A DNA stretch of 64,000 nt from assembly GCA_965230895.1 (NCBI GenBank), contig OZ246394.1:441316-505315 (forward strand). The letters are read 5' to 3'. The position numbers and the translations under genes were made by a program. Each line of letters opens with the position of its first letter. Position 1 is the stretch's first letter. Positions 1 through 9,326 of the stretch are shown piece after piece. Under the pieces are notes generated by a model, which saw only the letters and a program-made list of their open reading frames with translations, ran no database searches and was not told the origin of the DNA. This DNA comes from an uncultured Gammaproteobacteria bacterium. Lineage in GTDB: Bacteria > Patescibacteriota > Microgenomatia > Levybacterales > UBA12049.

Positions 1-480
1 ATTGCAATTATCGGATTTAATATTCTTTTATATTCCATGTGGGATGATCCGTATGGAGGTTGGGCTTTTGGTTCGCGTTACTTGATCCCGGCTTATGCGA
101 TCCTTTCCATCTTTATCGCATACCTCTTGACCAAATGGCACAAGTATAATCTCTTTTTGTTATTCTTCTTCGCGCTCTTCAGTTATTCTGTCGCCGTGAA
201 TACCCTTGGTGCGATAACGTCAAACAGAAATCCACCAAAAGTAGAAGCAGTCGCATTATCAGAAATTACCAAACAGGAAGAACCATACACATACATGAGA
301 AATGTGAATTTATTGAATCGTAATTTGTCAAAGTCATATGTCTATGAAACCTACGTTTCAAATTCAATGACTGCATGGCAATATTATACATTCCTGACTG
401 CATTTATCATTATTGTTTCAGCATTTTTGCTTACTATCTTTAAAGTATTAGTAAAAGGAGGAGCACACCGTGAAGTTTGA
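1..480 (+). CDS. Polytopic membrane protein, C-terminal part (GT-C-like); truncated at window start
   Basis: Frame +1 open from base 1; several hydrophobic helices; WxxxxGGWxFGxRYLxP motif; overlaps the next GT-C gene. Confidence 0.55.
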   Translation: MAIIGFNILLYSMWDDPYGGWAFGSRYLIPAYAILSIFIAYLLTKWHKYNLFLLFFFALFSYSVAVNTLGAITSNRNPPKVEAVALSEITKQEEPYTYMRNVNLLNRNLSKSYVYETYVSNSMTAWQYYTFLTAFIIIVSAFLLTIFKVLVKGGAHREV

Positions 481-2101
481 TTTCAGATCATTATCATTTA
501 AATTCTCTTTCGATGATGCAATTATCAGCAAAACAAGACATTTCTTCGAGAAACGATCTCAGATAATTATTTTCTTTATACTTTCGATGGTCTCCATCGC
601 ATACTTTATGTATTATTACGCAAATGGCCTGGGCGTAGCATACAATGATGCCCGGTCTCATCTCGATATTTCACGTCGTGTTGTTGAGAATTTAACTCCT
701 GGCTTCGCGCAGCTTGGAAGTGTATGGCTACCACTTCCTCATTTACTTGCAACGCTTACCATCTGGAACGACTTTATGTGGCATTCAGGGCTATCAGGCG
801 CTATTCAATCAATGATTGCTTTCGTGGCTACAGGGCTCATTATTTACAATATCCTCAAAGTTTTCGGTGTAGGACTATTTGGGCGTTGGGTTGGTGTTCT
901 TGTCTTTGCTACAAATTTAAATATCTTGTACATGCAATCAACAGCGATGACAGAGTTATTGCTCATCGGCACAATGACAGCTGGTGCTTATCAATTATTA
1001 ATGTGGCATAAAGAAAGTACAATGGTACGGTTATTGCAGGCAGCATTTTGGGTTATGCTTTCAACGCTTATCCGATACGATGGCTGGTTCCTTCTCGCCT
1101 TTTCTTTCGCTTTAATCTTTATCCATTCGATTCGCAAATGGGGTTACAAAACAACTGAAGGTACACTTGTATTATTTACAACGCTTGCTGCTTTCGGTAT
1201 TGCTCTATGGTTATTCTGGAACCTTATGATCTTTAAAGACCCATTGTACTTTGCGTTTGGTCCATTCTCTGCAAATGCTCAGCAAAGTCAACTTGAAGCA
1301 GCAGGTGTCTTGGAGACAAAACATAACTTGGGCTTTTCTTTCCAGACATACATTTATGCAATGGTCTACAATTCAGGCTTATTCACCTTCATTTTAGGAG
1401 TCATTGGTATGGCGCTATTTTGGTTTGATAAAAAGATTAACGGAGATCTTCGTATCGCAGCGGTTGCGCTTATGGCACCATTTGCATTTAATATTGTGGC
1501 ATTATTCCTCGGTCATTCAGTGCTCTATGTCCAAGGCCTCCATGGTGAGTCATGGTTCAATGTCCGTTACGGATTGATGATGGTTCCATCGCTGGCAATT
1601 TTCGTCGGATATTTGGCACATCGATTAAAACCAGTTCGGGTTGTCTTACTTTCTCTCATACTTTTTGTTTCTGTATTCTCATTCTCCAATGCAGATGCAG
1701 TAACGATTGATGACGCTGTCGTCGGTGCGAGTGGTAAGAACGTGAAAGAAGTAAGTGGATGGTTGCAAGATAATGTCACAAACGAAGAAGGATTTGTCCT
1801 TATCTCTGCAGCTTCTCACGATGCTATTATCTTCTCTTCGCATCTTCCGATGAAGCGATTCATCCATGAAGGTACAGGGGACTATTGGAAAGAAGCTACA
1901 GCACATCCGAGTAGATGGGCACGATGGATTGTGCTTCGTACAAATGATGTGAATGATTCAACATTCCGTGAGATCGGTGATAATCCAGAGTTCAAAGAAC
2001 GATATACCCTCGAACGCACACTTCCATTTGCTGATATTTACGAGTTGAAACCTGAATATGTACCAAATGTTCGAACCCAGCCAAATTTGGAATTGAATTA
2101 A
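470..2101 (+). CDS. GT-C fold (ArnT/PMT-like, GT39/GT83-type) membrane glycosyltransferase
   Basis: About 11-13 TM segments; first-loop acidic motif YNDARSH, WLPLPH, MTE and RYDGW motifs; AGGAGG RBS upstream. Confidence 0.7.
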   Translation: MKFDFRSLSFKFSFDDAIISKTRHFFEKRSQIIIFFILSMVSIAYFMYYYANGLGVAYNDARSHLDISRRVVENLTPGFAQLGSVWLPLPHLLATLTIWNDFMWHSGLSGAIQSMIAFVATGLIIYNILKVFGVGLFGRWVGVLVFATNLNILYMQSTAMTELLLIGTMTAGAYQLLMWHKESTMVRLLQAAFWVMLSTLIRYDGWFLLAFSFALIFIHSIRKWGYKTTEGTLVLFTTLAAFGIALWLFWNLMIFKDPLYFAFGPFSANAQQSQLEAAGVLETKHNLGFSFQTYIYAMVYNSGLFTFILGVIGMALFWFDKKINGDLRIAAVALMAPFAFNIVALFLGHSVLYVQGLHGESWFNVRYGLMMVPSLAIFVGYLAHRLKPVRVVLLSLILFVSVFSFSNADAVTIDDAVVGASGKNVKEVSGWLQDNVTNEEGFVLISAASHDAIIFSSHLPMKRFIHEGTGDYWKEATAHPSRWARWIVLRTNDVNDSTFREIGDNPEFKERYTLERTLPFADIYELKPEYVPNVRTQPNLELN

Positions 2102-2123
2102 AAAAAGAAGTTACGGGATATAT

Positions 2124-2155
2124 CCCTCTCCTCCTAGGAGAGGGTTAGGGTGAGG
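2124..2155 (+). repeat. REP/BoxC-like palindrome, copy 1
   Basis: ccctctcctcctaggagagggttagggtgagg; near-identical to 2600-2631 and inverted relative to 2539-2570. Confidence 0.85.
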
Positions 2156-2510
2156 TTTCATTTAACACTCTTATAATTTCTTCTAGCACAGTATCTGTAT
2201 TCATAAGCACATCATTATCCCAGAATCGTATTACGCTAATTCCATAGCTCTGCAACCTTTGAGATCTTCTATTATCATAATTATTATTTAAAACATGCTG
2301 ACTACCGTCCAATTCTATTCCAATCTTTTTTTCCAAACAGTAAAAATCCAAAATATAGTTATCTATTGGAAATTGTCTTCTAAATTTAAGGCCCATTATT
2401 TGTCTCTTTCGCAAGTGAAACCATAATACTTTCTCAGCATTGGTTGAATGAACTCGATTATTACGAGCGTAATTAATTAATTTAGGCGTATATAAATACT
2501 TATACTTCAT
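2145..2510 (-). CDS. DUF559 / Vsr-like PD-(D/E)xK endonuclease
   Basis: Motifs AEKVLW, KFRRQFPI..YILDFYC, IELDGSQH, YDxxR, VIRFWDNDV. Confidence 0.9.
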   Translation of the reverse strand: MKYKYLYTPKLINYARNNRVHSTNAEKVLWFHLRKRQIMGLKFRRQFPIDNYILDFYCLEKKIGIELDGSQHVLNNNYDNRRSQRLQSYGISVIRFWDNDVLMNTDTVLEEIIRVLNETSP

Positions 2511-2538
2511 ACTATTATTACTAGAATAACATATTAAA

Positions 2539-2631
2539 CCTCATCCTATCCTTCTCCTAAAAGGAGAAGGAGAATTGTTAAATTTCTGGTTTAATAAAAC
2601 CCTCTCCTCTTAGGAGAGGGTCCGGGTGAGG
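2539..2631. repeat. REP/BoxC-like inverted doublet (copies 2 and 3)
   Basis: cctcatcctatccttctcctaaaaggagaagg (2539-2570) and ccctctcctcttaggagagggtccgggtgagg (2600-2631). Confidence 0.85.
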
Positions 2632-2681
2632 TCTCTTATGTAGATCTAGAACCTGAAACATACTCCTGCTATACTACAGAT

Positions 2682-3677
2682 ATGAAATTTCATAAACTTG
2701 GCCTGAAGGAAGTTATAATAGTCCTTTGCACATTTCTTTTAGGTATGACTGCGTATGCTGTTTTCAATCAACCAAAGATTACTGAGCCGGTGAAGAAGGG
2801 ACATTGGGAGTTCCAATCCATCGATACAATGAAAAACTCACGTGATCTTGCCCGTGAAGAGCTTCATGATACAAATTTTGCTCAGGAAGTAGATAAGCAA
2901 GTTGCAGATATTGCAGCGACTGGAGCCACACACATAGCTATTGGGACACCATATGATGATGAATTTCTCCCTGTAATTAAGCTTTGGGTCCGGACCGCAC
3001 GAAAGTATGACCTAAAAGTATGGTATCGAGGTAATTGGTCAGGCTGGGAACAATGGTTTGGCTATTCCAAGATCGATGAACAAACGCATATTAATAATAC
3101 GAGACAATTTATCCTCAACAATAGCAATCTGTTCGAAAATGGTGATGTCTTCACTTCGTGCCCTGAATGTGAGAATGGAGCAAAACTTGAGACCGGAAAT
3201 AGCTTTGCTGTCGTCCAATATCGCAGATTCCTTATCGATGAATACACTTCTACAAAAGGTGCTTTTGCCCAAATTGGGAAAGATGTGAAGGCTAATTACT
3301 ATTCCATGAACGCTGATGTCGCAAAAACAGTCATGGATCGAGAAACAACTAAAGAACTTGATGGAGTTGTAGTCATTGACCATTATGTCCGCACACCTGA
3401 GCAACTCGCAAATGATGTTTCGATCATTGCTCAGCAAAGCGGCGGTCAAATCGTTTTGGGAGAAATTGGTGTTCCAATCCCTGATATCCATGGGAAAATG
3501 AACGAAGAAGAACGAGCTCAATGGTTAGACGAAGCATTATTACTCCTTTCTCAGAAGGAAGAACTCATTGGTATGAATTACTGGGTAAACCTTGGCGGCT
3601 CAACTGCGCTTTGGGATAAAGATGGCAAACCCACAAAAACCCAAGAAGTCCTCATGAAATACTACAAAGGAAAGTAG
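2682..3677 (+). CDS. Membrane-anchored putative glycoside hydrolase (clan GH-A-like TIM barrel)
   Basis: N-terminal TM; CPECEN (acid/base-like), IDHY, VLGEIG (nucleophile-like) and NYW motifs. Confidence 0.5.
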   Translation: MKFHKLGLKEVIIVLCTFLLGMTAYAVFNQPKITEPVKKGHWEFQSIDTMKNSRDLAREELHDTNFAQEVDKQVADIAATGATHIAIGTPYDDEFLPVIKLWVRTARKYDLKVWYRGNWSGWEQWFGYSKIDEQTHINNTRQFILNNSNLFENGDVFTSCPECENGAKLETGNSFAVVQYRRFLIDEYTSTKGAFAQIGKDVKANYYSMNADVAKTVMDRETTKELDGVVVIDHYVRTPEQLANDVSIIAQQSGGQIVLGEIGVPIPDIHGKMNEEERAQWLDEALLLLSQKEELIGMNYWVNLGGSTALWDKDGKPTKTQEVLMKYYKGK

Positions 3678-3682
3678 CTTTT

Positions 3683-3738
3683 GCCTGAGCGTAGTCGAAG
3701 GCTTTTTACACTTCGACTCCATTACATTTCGCTCAATG
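3683..3738. repeat. Intergenic REP-like palindrome (CCTGAG..TCGAAGG / CTTCGA..CTCA family)
   Basis: gcctgagcgtagtcgaagg...cttcgactccattacatttcgctca; related to 24851-24957. Confidence 0.65.
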
Positions 3739-3824
3739 TAAATATAACATCCCATATTTAAACCTAAATTACTCATACAATTAGCCTTAAATTAGGCTAT
3801 TTTATATAAAATAGATTTACCCCC

Positions 3825-3853
3825 TTGACATCCCATAATATATATTATATAAT
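3825..3853 (+). promoter_or_regulatory. Consensus sigma70 promoter for the sortase-substrate operon
   Basis: TTGACA-17 bp-TATAAT. Confidence 0.8.
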
Positions 3854-3900
3854 CCCTTCAATATTAATATAGGCTTAAATAATCCTATATTTTTGAACTT

Positions 3901-4515
3901 ATGAACAAAAAGATTTTACTTACATCAATTGCTGGAACAGCCTTATTCTTAACGGCTGCTACTCCTGCACATGCAAATCCAATTCCTGAATTTGGAACTT
4001 GCCTTAACCCACAATGGTCTAAGACACAACAAAATACTGGTACAAAACACGGCGTTGTAGGAATTGGTACATATGCTGGTGTTGATTCTATCTATGAATC
4101 AAATGGTAATGTTTTACAATGTCTCTGCACAAACGATGGGAAAGGCTACCAAACAAATTGGTTAAAAGCAGATAACCTTTCAAAAGGCCAAAAAGAAGAA
4201 TTAAAAGCACAAGGTTGGATTTATGTAGCCTACGGTGAAGACTGGGGTTTGCAAAAATCAGCATACATGGCTAAGAACACAGAATACACATGTGCAGACT
4301 GTACGCCAACTCCAACAACAACTGTTACTCCTACAGTAACAAGTGTTCCTGGACCTACAGCAACTCCAGCACCGACAACAAAGACTGAAGAAAAAACTGA
4401 GAACAAAGTTCTCGGCGGACTCGCACCTACAGGAAATGCTTTAGCTATGTACTTGGCAATCCTCGCCGGAGTAGGCTCACTTATCACAGGGCTTGTGTTG
4501 CGCAAGTCAAAATAA
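3901..4515 (+). CDS. Sortase-anchored surface protein (LAPTG sorting signal)
   Basis: Signal peptide ending AHA; Cys-containing domain; Pro/Thr linker; LAPTG + hydrophobic helix + LRKSK tail. Confidence 0.8.
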   Translation: MNKKILLTSIAGTALFLTAATPAHANPIPEFGTCLNPQWSKTQQNTGTKHGVVGIGTYAGVDSIYESNGNVLQCLCTNDGKGYQTNWLKADNLSKGQKEELKAQGWIYVAYGEDWGLQKSAYMAKNTEYTCADCTPTPTTTVTPTVTSVPGPTATPAPTTKTEEKTENKVLGGLAPTGNALAMYLAILAGVGSLITGLVLRKSK

Positions 4516-4527
4516 GGAGGTACTACC

Positions 4528-5064
4528 ATGAAACTGCTCTCTACTCTCTTTGTCATCATCGGACTCATTCTCGTTTCTTTCGGAGGATATCAACTATATC
4601 TGCGCGAAAATCCGCATAAGCTTTCATTTGATAATTATGCATATGCTGTCGATCATAAAGCTGAAGCAAAGCAACTTCCGGCACAAGTGGCGATACATGA
4701 TGTTAATATTGATGTTCCTGTCTATCCTGCAACGATTTCAAATGGACAATGGCCAGTTATAGAAAATGGAGCATCATATCTCTCGACATCTCCTCTCCCA
4801 GGCGAAAAAGGAAATAGTGTTATTTACGCACATAATTGGAAGAATCTTTTTGGTAATCTCGTGAATACCAAACCAGGAGAAGAAGTCGTTATAACTTACA
4901 AAGATGGGAGCAAAAAGACTTTTGTTATCGAATACACAAGCACTGTGTCTCCAAATGAATCAACAATCCTCGCTCCATCAAAAGATAAGAGAATTACGTT
5001 GTATACCTGCACCGGATTCTTAGATTCAAAAAGATTTGTTGTTGTAGCGTTGTTGAAGAACTAA
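4528..5064 (+). CDS. Sortase (class D/E/F-like)
   Basis: N-terminal TM; catalytic His in YAHN; ITLYTC and downstream Arg (KRFVV); AGGAGG RBS. Confidence 0.9.
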   Translation: MKLLSTLFVIIGLILVSFGGYQLYLRENPHKLSFDNYAYAVDHKAEAKQLPAQVAIHDVNIDVPVYPATISNGQWPVIENGASYLSTSPLPGEKGNSVIYAHNWKNLFGNLVNTKPGEEVVITYKDGSKKTFVIEYTSTVSPNESTILAPSKDKRITLYTCTGFLDSKRFVVVALLKN

Positions 5065-5450
5065 TCCTCTTCCCTATTTACCTGTGTTACTTTTCCACCA
5101 TCTTTTTCAATGACATTGCCATGTGCTAAATCAACGATGAGATGTATTCCTCCTTTAGCATGAGCATCTTGCACTTCTCCTCTGACACGCACATTTATAT
5201 CCAATGGCTCTGTACCCGGTCGAACATCAGCTTCAACCAATGTAGCATTTCCACGGATAATCAAAGCAGTTTCACCAAATAGTGGTTTCTTTACTTTCGG
5301 AGGCTTAACATCACTAGCAACTCCTATTTCGACAAGGACATCTCCTGTACTATAAAAGTGTCCATCTAATCCACCTTGAGGTTTATTTAGTTTTCGAACT
5401 GGCAATGCAGCGAATTCACTCAGTCGTTGTATAATTCTGCGTTCAGGCAT
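5061..5450 (-). CDS. Hypothetical protein
   Basis: 129-aa ORF with TATAAT 8 nt upstream of ATG; no recognised family. Confidence 0.5.
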   Translation of the reverse strand: MPERRIIQRLSEFAALPVRKLNKPQGGLDGHFYSTGDVLVEIGVASDVKPPKVKKPLFGETALIIRGNATLVEADVRPGTEPLDINVRVRGEVQDAHAKGGIHLIVDLAHGNVIEKDGGKVTQVNREED

Positions 5451-5493
5451 AAGCTACGATTATACCATGCTCAGCTATAAATGTCTCACCCAT

Positions 5494-5523
5494 AAAAAAG
5501 CCTCCTCAAGATGAGAAGGCTTT
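5494..5523 (-). terminator. Intrinsic terminator-like hairpin
   Basis: aaagcct..ctca/tgag..aggcttt stem with a T-run on the minus strand. Confidence 0.5.
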
Positions 5524-5725
5524 CCCCGTAACGTGATTCGCAGTAGTATATGGAATATACTTTTTGCAGAGATTACTGCTGATTTCGATCGTTCTTTTTA
5601 GCATAAGTAGCATATATTATTGAAGTAACATCTCAGAAAGAACCTTTCTATAAATGTGTAAGAATGATACAAAATTCAAGACAGAGCTAGTATTTTATTA
5701 ATAGATATGTATATACTATTAATAT

Positions 5726-6466
5726 ATGTCGAGCTCTTCTACAGAAAAAGATATTCAGAACCAACTTCGCGAGGGCGCAAAATTAGTTGAACAATCCTTC
5801 CGTTTCGAAAAAACTGAAGATGGATCCGTAACCAATGTAAAGCCTGCTTCAAGCACTGAAGCTATCAAGCAAGAAAAAAGCCCCTATACGAGCCAAACTG
5901 CTGCCGCCAAAGGTGCTCTCAAAGCAGTGACTGATTACATCAGTTTTGATAATAAGAAGCAAAGTGAGAAAGATGATACCATCGTCGACGTCAAAGTCCG
6001 CAATCCTTTTCATAAGATCATGAATCTCTTGCAGGATATTAAGAGCAAGCAGTCGACTACTGTCAGTATGCGCTTTACTATCCCACTGATTGCGCTTCCG
6101 ATCGTCCTTCTTGCTGCTTTTCAGCTAGGACGTGCACAAACTGTTTGTGCATCGAGGTTTACGTCTCAGATTGGAGTATTGAGATCTTTAACTGTCATGT
6201 CGCCTATTGAAGGAACTGTTGATGTCTATTCACATCTTTTATCTTTCTTTCCCGATATTCCCAGGTTACAAAAAGCAGAAGAACTACATTTAGCGAGAAG
6301 GACGATTCTTGTAGGTCTAGATGGAAAGATTCTCGATGTGCTCCATGATGAGAAATTGAAGATGAAGGGATTTGATGGAGAAGGTGTGATTCTTTCAGGA
6401 AATCTTTCTCCATGTGCAGGGACGATTAGCCTCGATGCAGAAGAAAATATTTCTTTGACTAATTAA
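5726..6466 (+). CDS. Hypothetical single-pass membrane protein
   Basis: 246-aa ORF; one hydrophobic stretch (IPLIALPIVLLAAF). Confidence 0.55.
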   Translation: MSSSSTEKDIQNQLREGAKLVEQSFRFEKTEDGSVTNVKPASSTEAIKQEKSPYTSQTAAAKGALKAVTDYISFDNKKQSEKDDTIVDVKVRNPFHKIMNLLQDIKSKQSTTVSMRFTIPLIALPIVLLAAFQLGRAQTVCASRFTSQIGVLRSLTVMSPIEGTVDVYSHLLSFFPDIPRLQKAEELHLARRTILVGLDGKILDVLHDEKLKMKGFDGEGVILSGNLSPCAGTISLDAEENISLTN

Positions 6467-6525
6467 GCTCTACTATAATATTCACGTACCATTTAGCCTG
6501 GTTTTATAGTAGAATAAAAGCCTCT

Positions 6526-8055
6526 ATGAAATTTTCAAAGCGTATAGTTTTTGTAGTGATTGCAATTTTTACTGTAGGACTCTTCAGCATAGCTATAGTA
6601 AGTTACACACAAAAAGAAATTGAAGTTAAAAAAGAAACCGCAAAAAGAGAAGCTTTATATAATCAAATTTTAGAAGGTTCTACCACCAAACCAACAACTG
6701 TATCTGTTGATTTTTCTTTATCCACTGCAAAAGGATCTCCATTAGTTTTTGGAGGATCACACCATCCAAATATAAACCATGCAGATGCTTGGAATAAGAT
6801 ACAAAACGTAGGGGTAACAATGATTAGAACAGATTTAGCAATGAATTACATGATTCGAAATACAACGTTACAAGATTACAAAAGTAACAAAAATGATATT
6901 CAAAATATCAAAAACTGGAATAATATAGATCTAAAAAAGATTAACAATGTGTTTGCAGAGGCACATTCAAGAGATATGAAAACTATTGGAATCATGGACT
7001 ATGCTCCTCCATGGTTAACACATGATGGCTCTGACTTTGGAGTTCCAACAGATTGGGAAGTATTTGAAGATATAGTTAAGAAAACCTATAAATACCATAG
7101 AAATGAACTTGATTATGTTGAGTTATGGAATGAAGCAAATCATGGACATTTTCTTCGCCCGGCTGGAAGTGGGATGTCAAGAGCTGAAGCTTATGAAAAA
7201 ATATATTATCATGCAGCAAAGGCTATTCGTGAAGTAGATGCAGAAGCAAATGATGGGAAAATTATACCTTTAGGAGGTCCTGTTGATCCATCTCCCAATG
7301 ATACAGCATTACTTGAACCGATTCTTAAAAATGAAGTAACACGAAGACAAGTTAATTTCATTAGTTATCACAATTATTATACTGCTGAACCTTCTTGGGA
7401 CAAGTATAAAACCTTATTAAAGCAATATAATATGGAAAACTATCCAATTTTTATAACAGAATGGAATATAGATGGCAAAAATGAAGTTGATGATCCTAAA
7501 AAAACTTCAGTTGATGCAATAATCTACACTGGTAATAAACTTGTAGATTTCTTAAAAATGGGGCTTACTGGAGCTAACTATTACTCCTTACAATCAATTA
7601 AAGAGGGGTCTGTCTATTTGGGATTTTACAAATGGGTTAACAATAAAGCGGAGCTCTTACCACAAGGAAAAACCTGGATGATAATGAGTAGACAAATGGG
7701 CTTAGGAAAAGGTGAAAGTACAATTTACCCAGTTCTAACTGAAGACAAAAACTTAAATAGTATTGGTTTTATAAATTCCACAAATGAACGAGGTGTCGTT
7801 TTGGTAAACTCCTCAAATGAAGCTCGTATGACATCGTTCAAATTAGAAAACACTCGAGTTGCACACACTGCCAAGATTAAAGTATACTACGCTTCTGGTA
7901 TTTATGATCCAGCTAAACCCATTTATGATGGAGTTATCAAAGCAACAAATGGTACAATCGATTTAGTTTTAGTTATACCAAAAGAGTCAGTTGTTGGAAT
8001 AAAACTTACTGGAGACAAAGAATGGTTTGATTTCCTCAATTTAACTTCTAATTAG
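6526..8055 (+). CDS. Membrane-anchored glycoside hydrolase, GH39-like
   Basis: N-terminal TM; ELWNEAN acid/base, ISYHNY and FITEWN nucleophile motifs. Confidence 0.75.
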   Translation: MKFSKRIVFVVIAIFTVGLFSIAIVSYTQKEIEVKKETAKREALYNQILEGSTTKPTTVSVDFSLSTAKGSPLVFGGSHHPNINHADAWNKIQNVGVTMIRTDLAMNYMIRNTTLQDYKSNKNDIQNIKNWNNIDLKKINNVFAEAHSRDMKTIGIMDYAPPWLTHDGSDFGVPTDWEVFEDIVKKTYKYHRNELDYVELWNEANHGHFLRPAGSGMSRAEAYEKIYYHAAKAIREVDAEANDGKIIPLGGPVDPSPNDTALLEPILKNEVTRRQVNFISYHNYYTAEPSWDKYKTLLKQYNMENYPIFITEWNIDGKNEVDDPKKTSVDAIIYTGNKLVDFLKMGLTGANYYSLQSIKEGSVYLGFYKWVNNKAELLPQGKTWMIMSRQMGLGKGESTIYPVLTEDKNLNSIGFINSTNERGVVLVNSSNEARMTSFKLENTRVAHTAKIKVYYASGIYDPAKPIYDGVIKATNGTIDLVLVIPKESVVGIKLTGDKEWFDFLNLTSN

Positions 8056-8072
8056 TCTCATTAACTTTAGTT

Positions 8073-9326
8073 ATGAATTTAAAAAACTTACTACAGCTAT
8101 TTTTGAACGATTCTCTTTTTAAAAACTCTATTTACATCATGTTGAGTACTGCGATATTAGCGTTTCTTGGGTTCTTTTTTTGGATCGTAAATGCAAGACT
8201 ATATACTCCGGAGCAAGTTGGACTTGCAACTACATTACTTTCTGTTGTTGGATTAATTTCAAATGTTTGCTTATTAGGATTTAATAATGGCTTAATACGA
8301 TATCTGCCAACATCTGAACACAAGAATGACATGATTAATACAACACTTGTGCTAGTAGGATTTGCTTCACTAATATTAGGAATTCTTTATACAGTTTTTA
8401 TTGATGTTTTTTCTCCAAAGCTATCATTTATTAGAAATGATTTAGGTCTTTACTTTATTTTTCTTATATTTGTTGTCCTTTCTTCGTTTAGTGCTCTATC
8501 AGAAAATATATTCATTGCATTTCGAAATTCAAAGTATATTCTTATTAGGAACACATTGTTAAGTATAATAAAATTAATTTTTCCTTTATTTTTAGTGGCT
8601 TTAGGAGCTTATGGAATATTTTTATCAGTTGGAATCGCTACCGCAGTTTCATTCGTTGTGAGTATAGTTTATTTAGTTAAAAAGTTTGATTACAAAATTA
8701 AATTTATTGTTAATAAAATACTTGTTAGGAGGATGTTTAAATTCTCCTTAGCAAATTATATAGCAGGCTTAATTGGAGGATTACCTCAAACAATTCTTCC
8801 GATTTTAATTACAAATCATTTGGGACCATCCTATACTGCTTTTTATTATATGCCTATGATGATTGCTTCTCTACTTTTTATAATCCCGCAAGGAATAACA
8901 AAATCTCTTTTCGCAGAAGGTTCGACTAACGAAAAAGAGTTAAGTAAAATGTATAGAAAATCTTTAAAACTAAACGTCGCAATTTATCTTCCTGCAATGA
9001 TAATTTCTTTACTATTAGGACAATATGTATTGCTTGCATTCGGACCTGAATACGCAAAAGAAGGTACTACATTTCTTCAATTGTTAGCAGTTTCCGGAAT
9101 TTTTGTCTCCATCAACTCTATCATTGGCACTATACTAAATATACGCCACAAGTTAAAAGAGATTATTTTTATTAATGTATTTACAGTAGTTATAATACTC
9201 GGGTTGAGTTATGTTCTAACCTCAATGTATCTACTTGGAATTGGTATAGCTTGGATCATCGGCCAAATTGTCATGAGTGTTATATACTTTATTGTATATA
9301 TGCGTCTTAAGTCTAAATCAAAATGA
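8073..9326 (+). CDS. wzx: Oligosaccharide flippase (Wzx/MOP family)
   Basis: About 12 TM; LGFFFWIVNARLYTPEQVG pattern; lies in a GT cluster. Confidence 0.8.
   Translation: MNLKNLLQLFLNDSLFKNSIYIMLSTAILAFLGFFFWIVNARLYTPEQVGLATTLLSVVGLISNVCLLGFNNGLIRYLPTSEHKNDMINTTLVLVGFASLILGILYTVFIDVFSPKLSFIRNDLGLYFIFLIFVVLSSFSALSENIFIAFRNSKYILIRNTLLSIIKLIFPLFLVALGAYGIFLSVGIATAVSFVVSIVYLVKKFDYKIKFIVNKILVRRMFKFSLANYIAGLIGGLPQTILPILITNHLGPSYTAFYYMPMMIASLLFIIPQGITKSLFAEGSTNEKELSKMYRKSLKLNVAIYLPAMIISLLLGQYVLLAFGPEYAKEGTTFLQLLAVSGIFVSINSIIGTILNIRHKLKEIIFINVFTVVIILGLSYVLTSMYLLGIGIAWIIGQIVMSVIYFIVYMRLKSKSK

Noticed and set aside
3782-3799. TAGCCT-N6-AGGCTA as the same operator as 42919-42937
   Set aside because: Spacer length differs (6 vs 7) and the loci are unrelated; two instances are insufficient.
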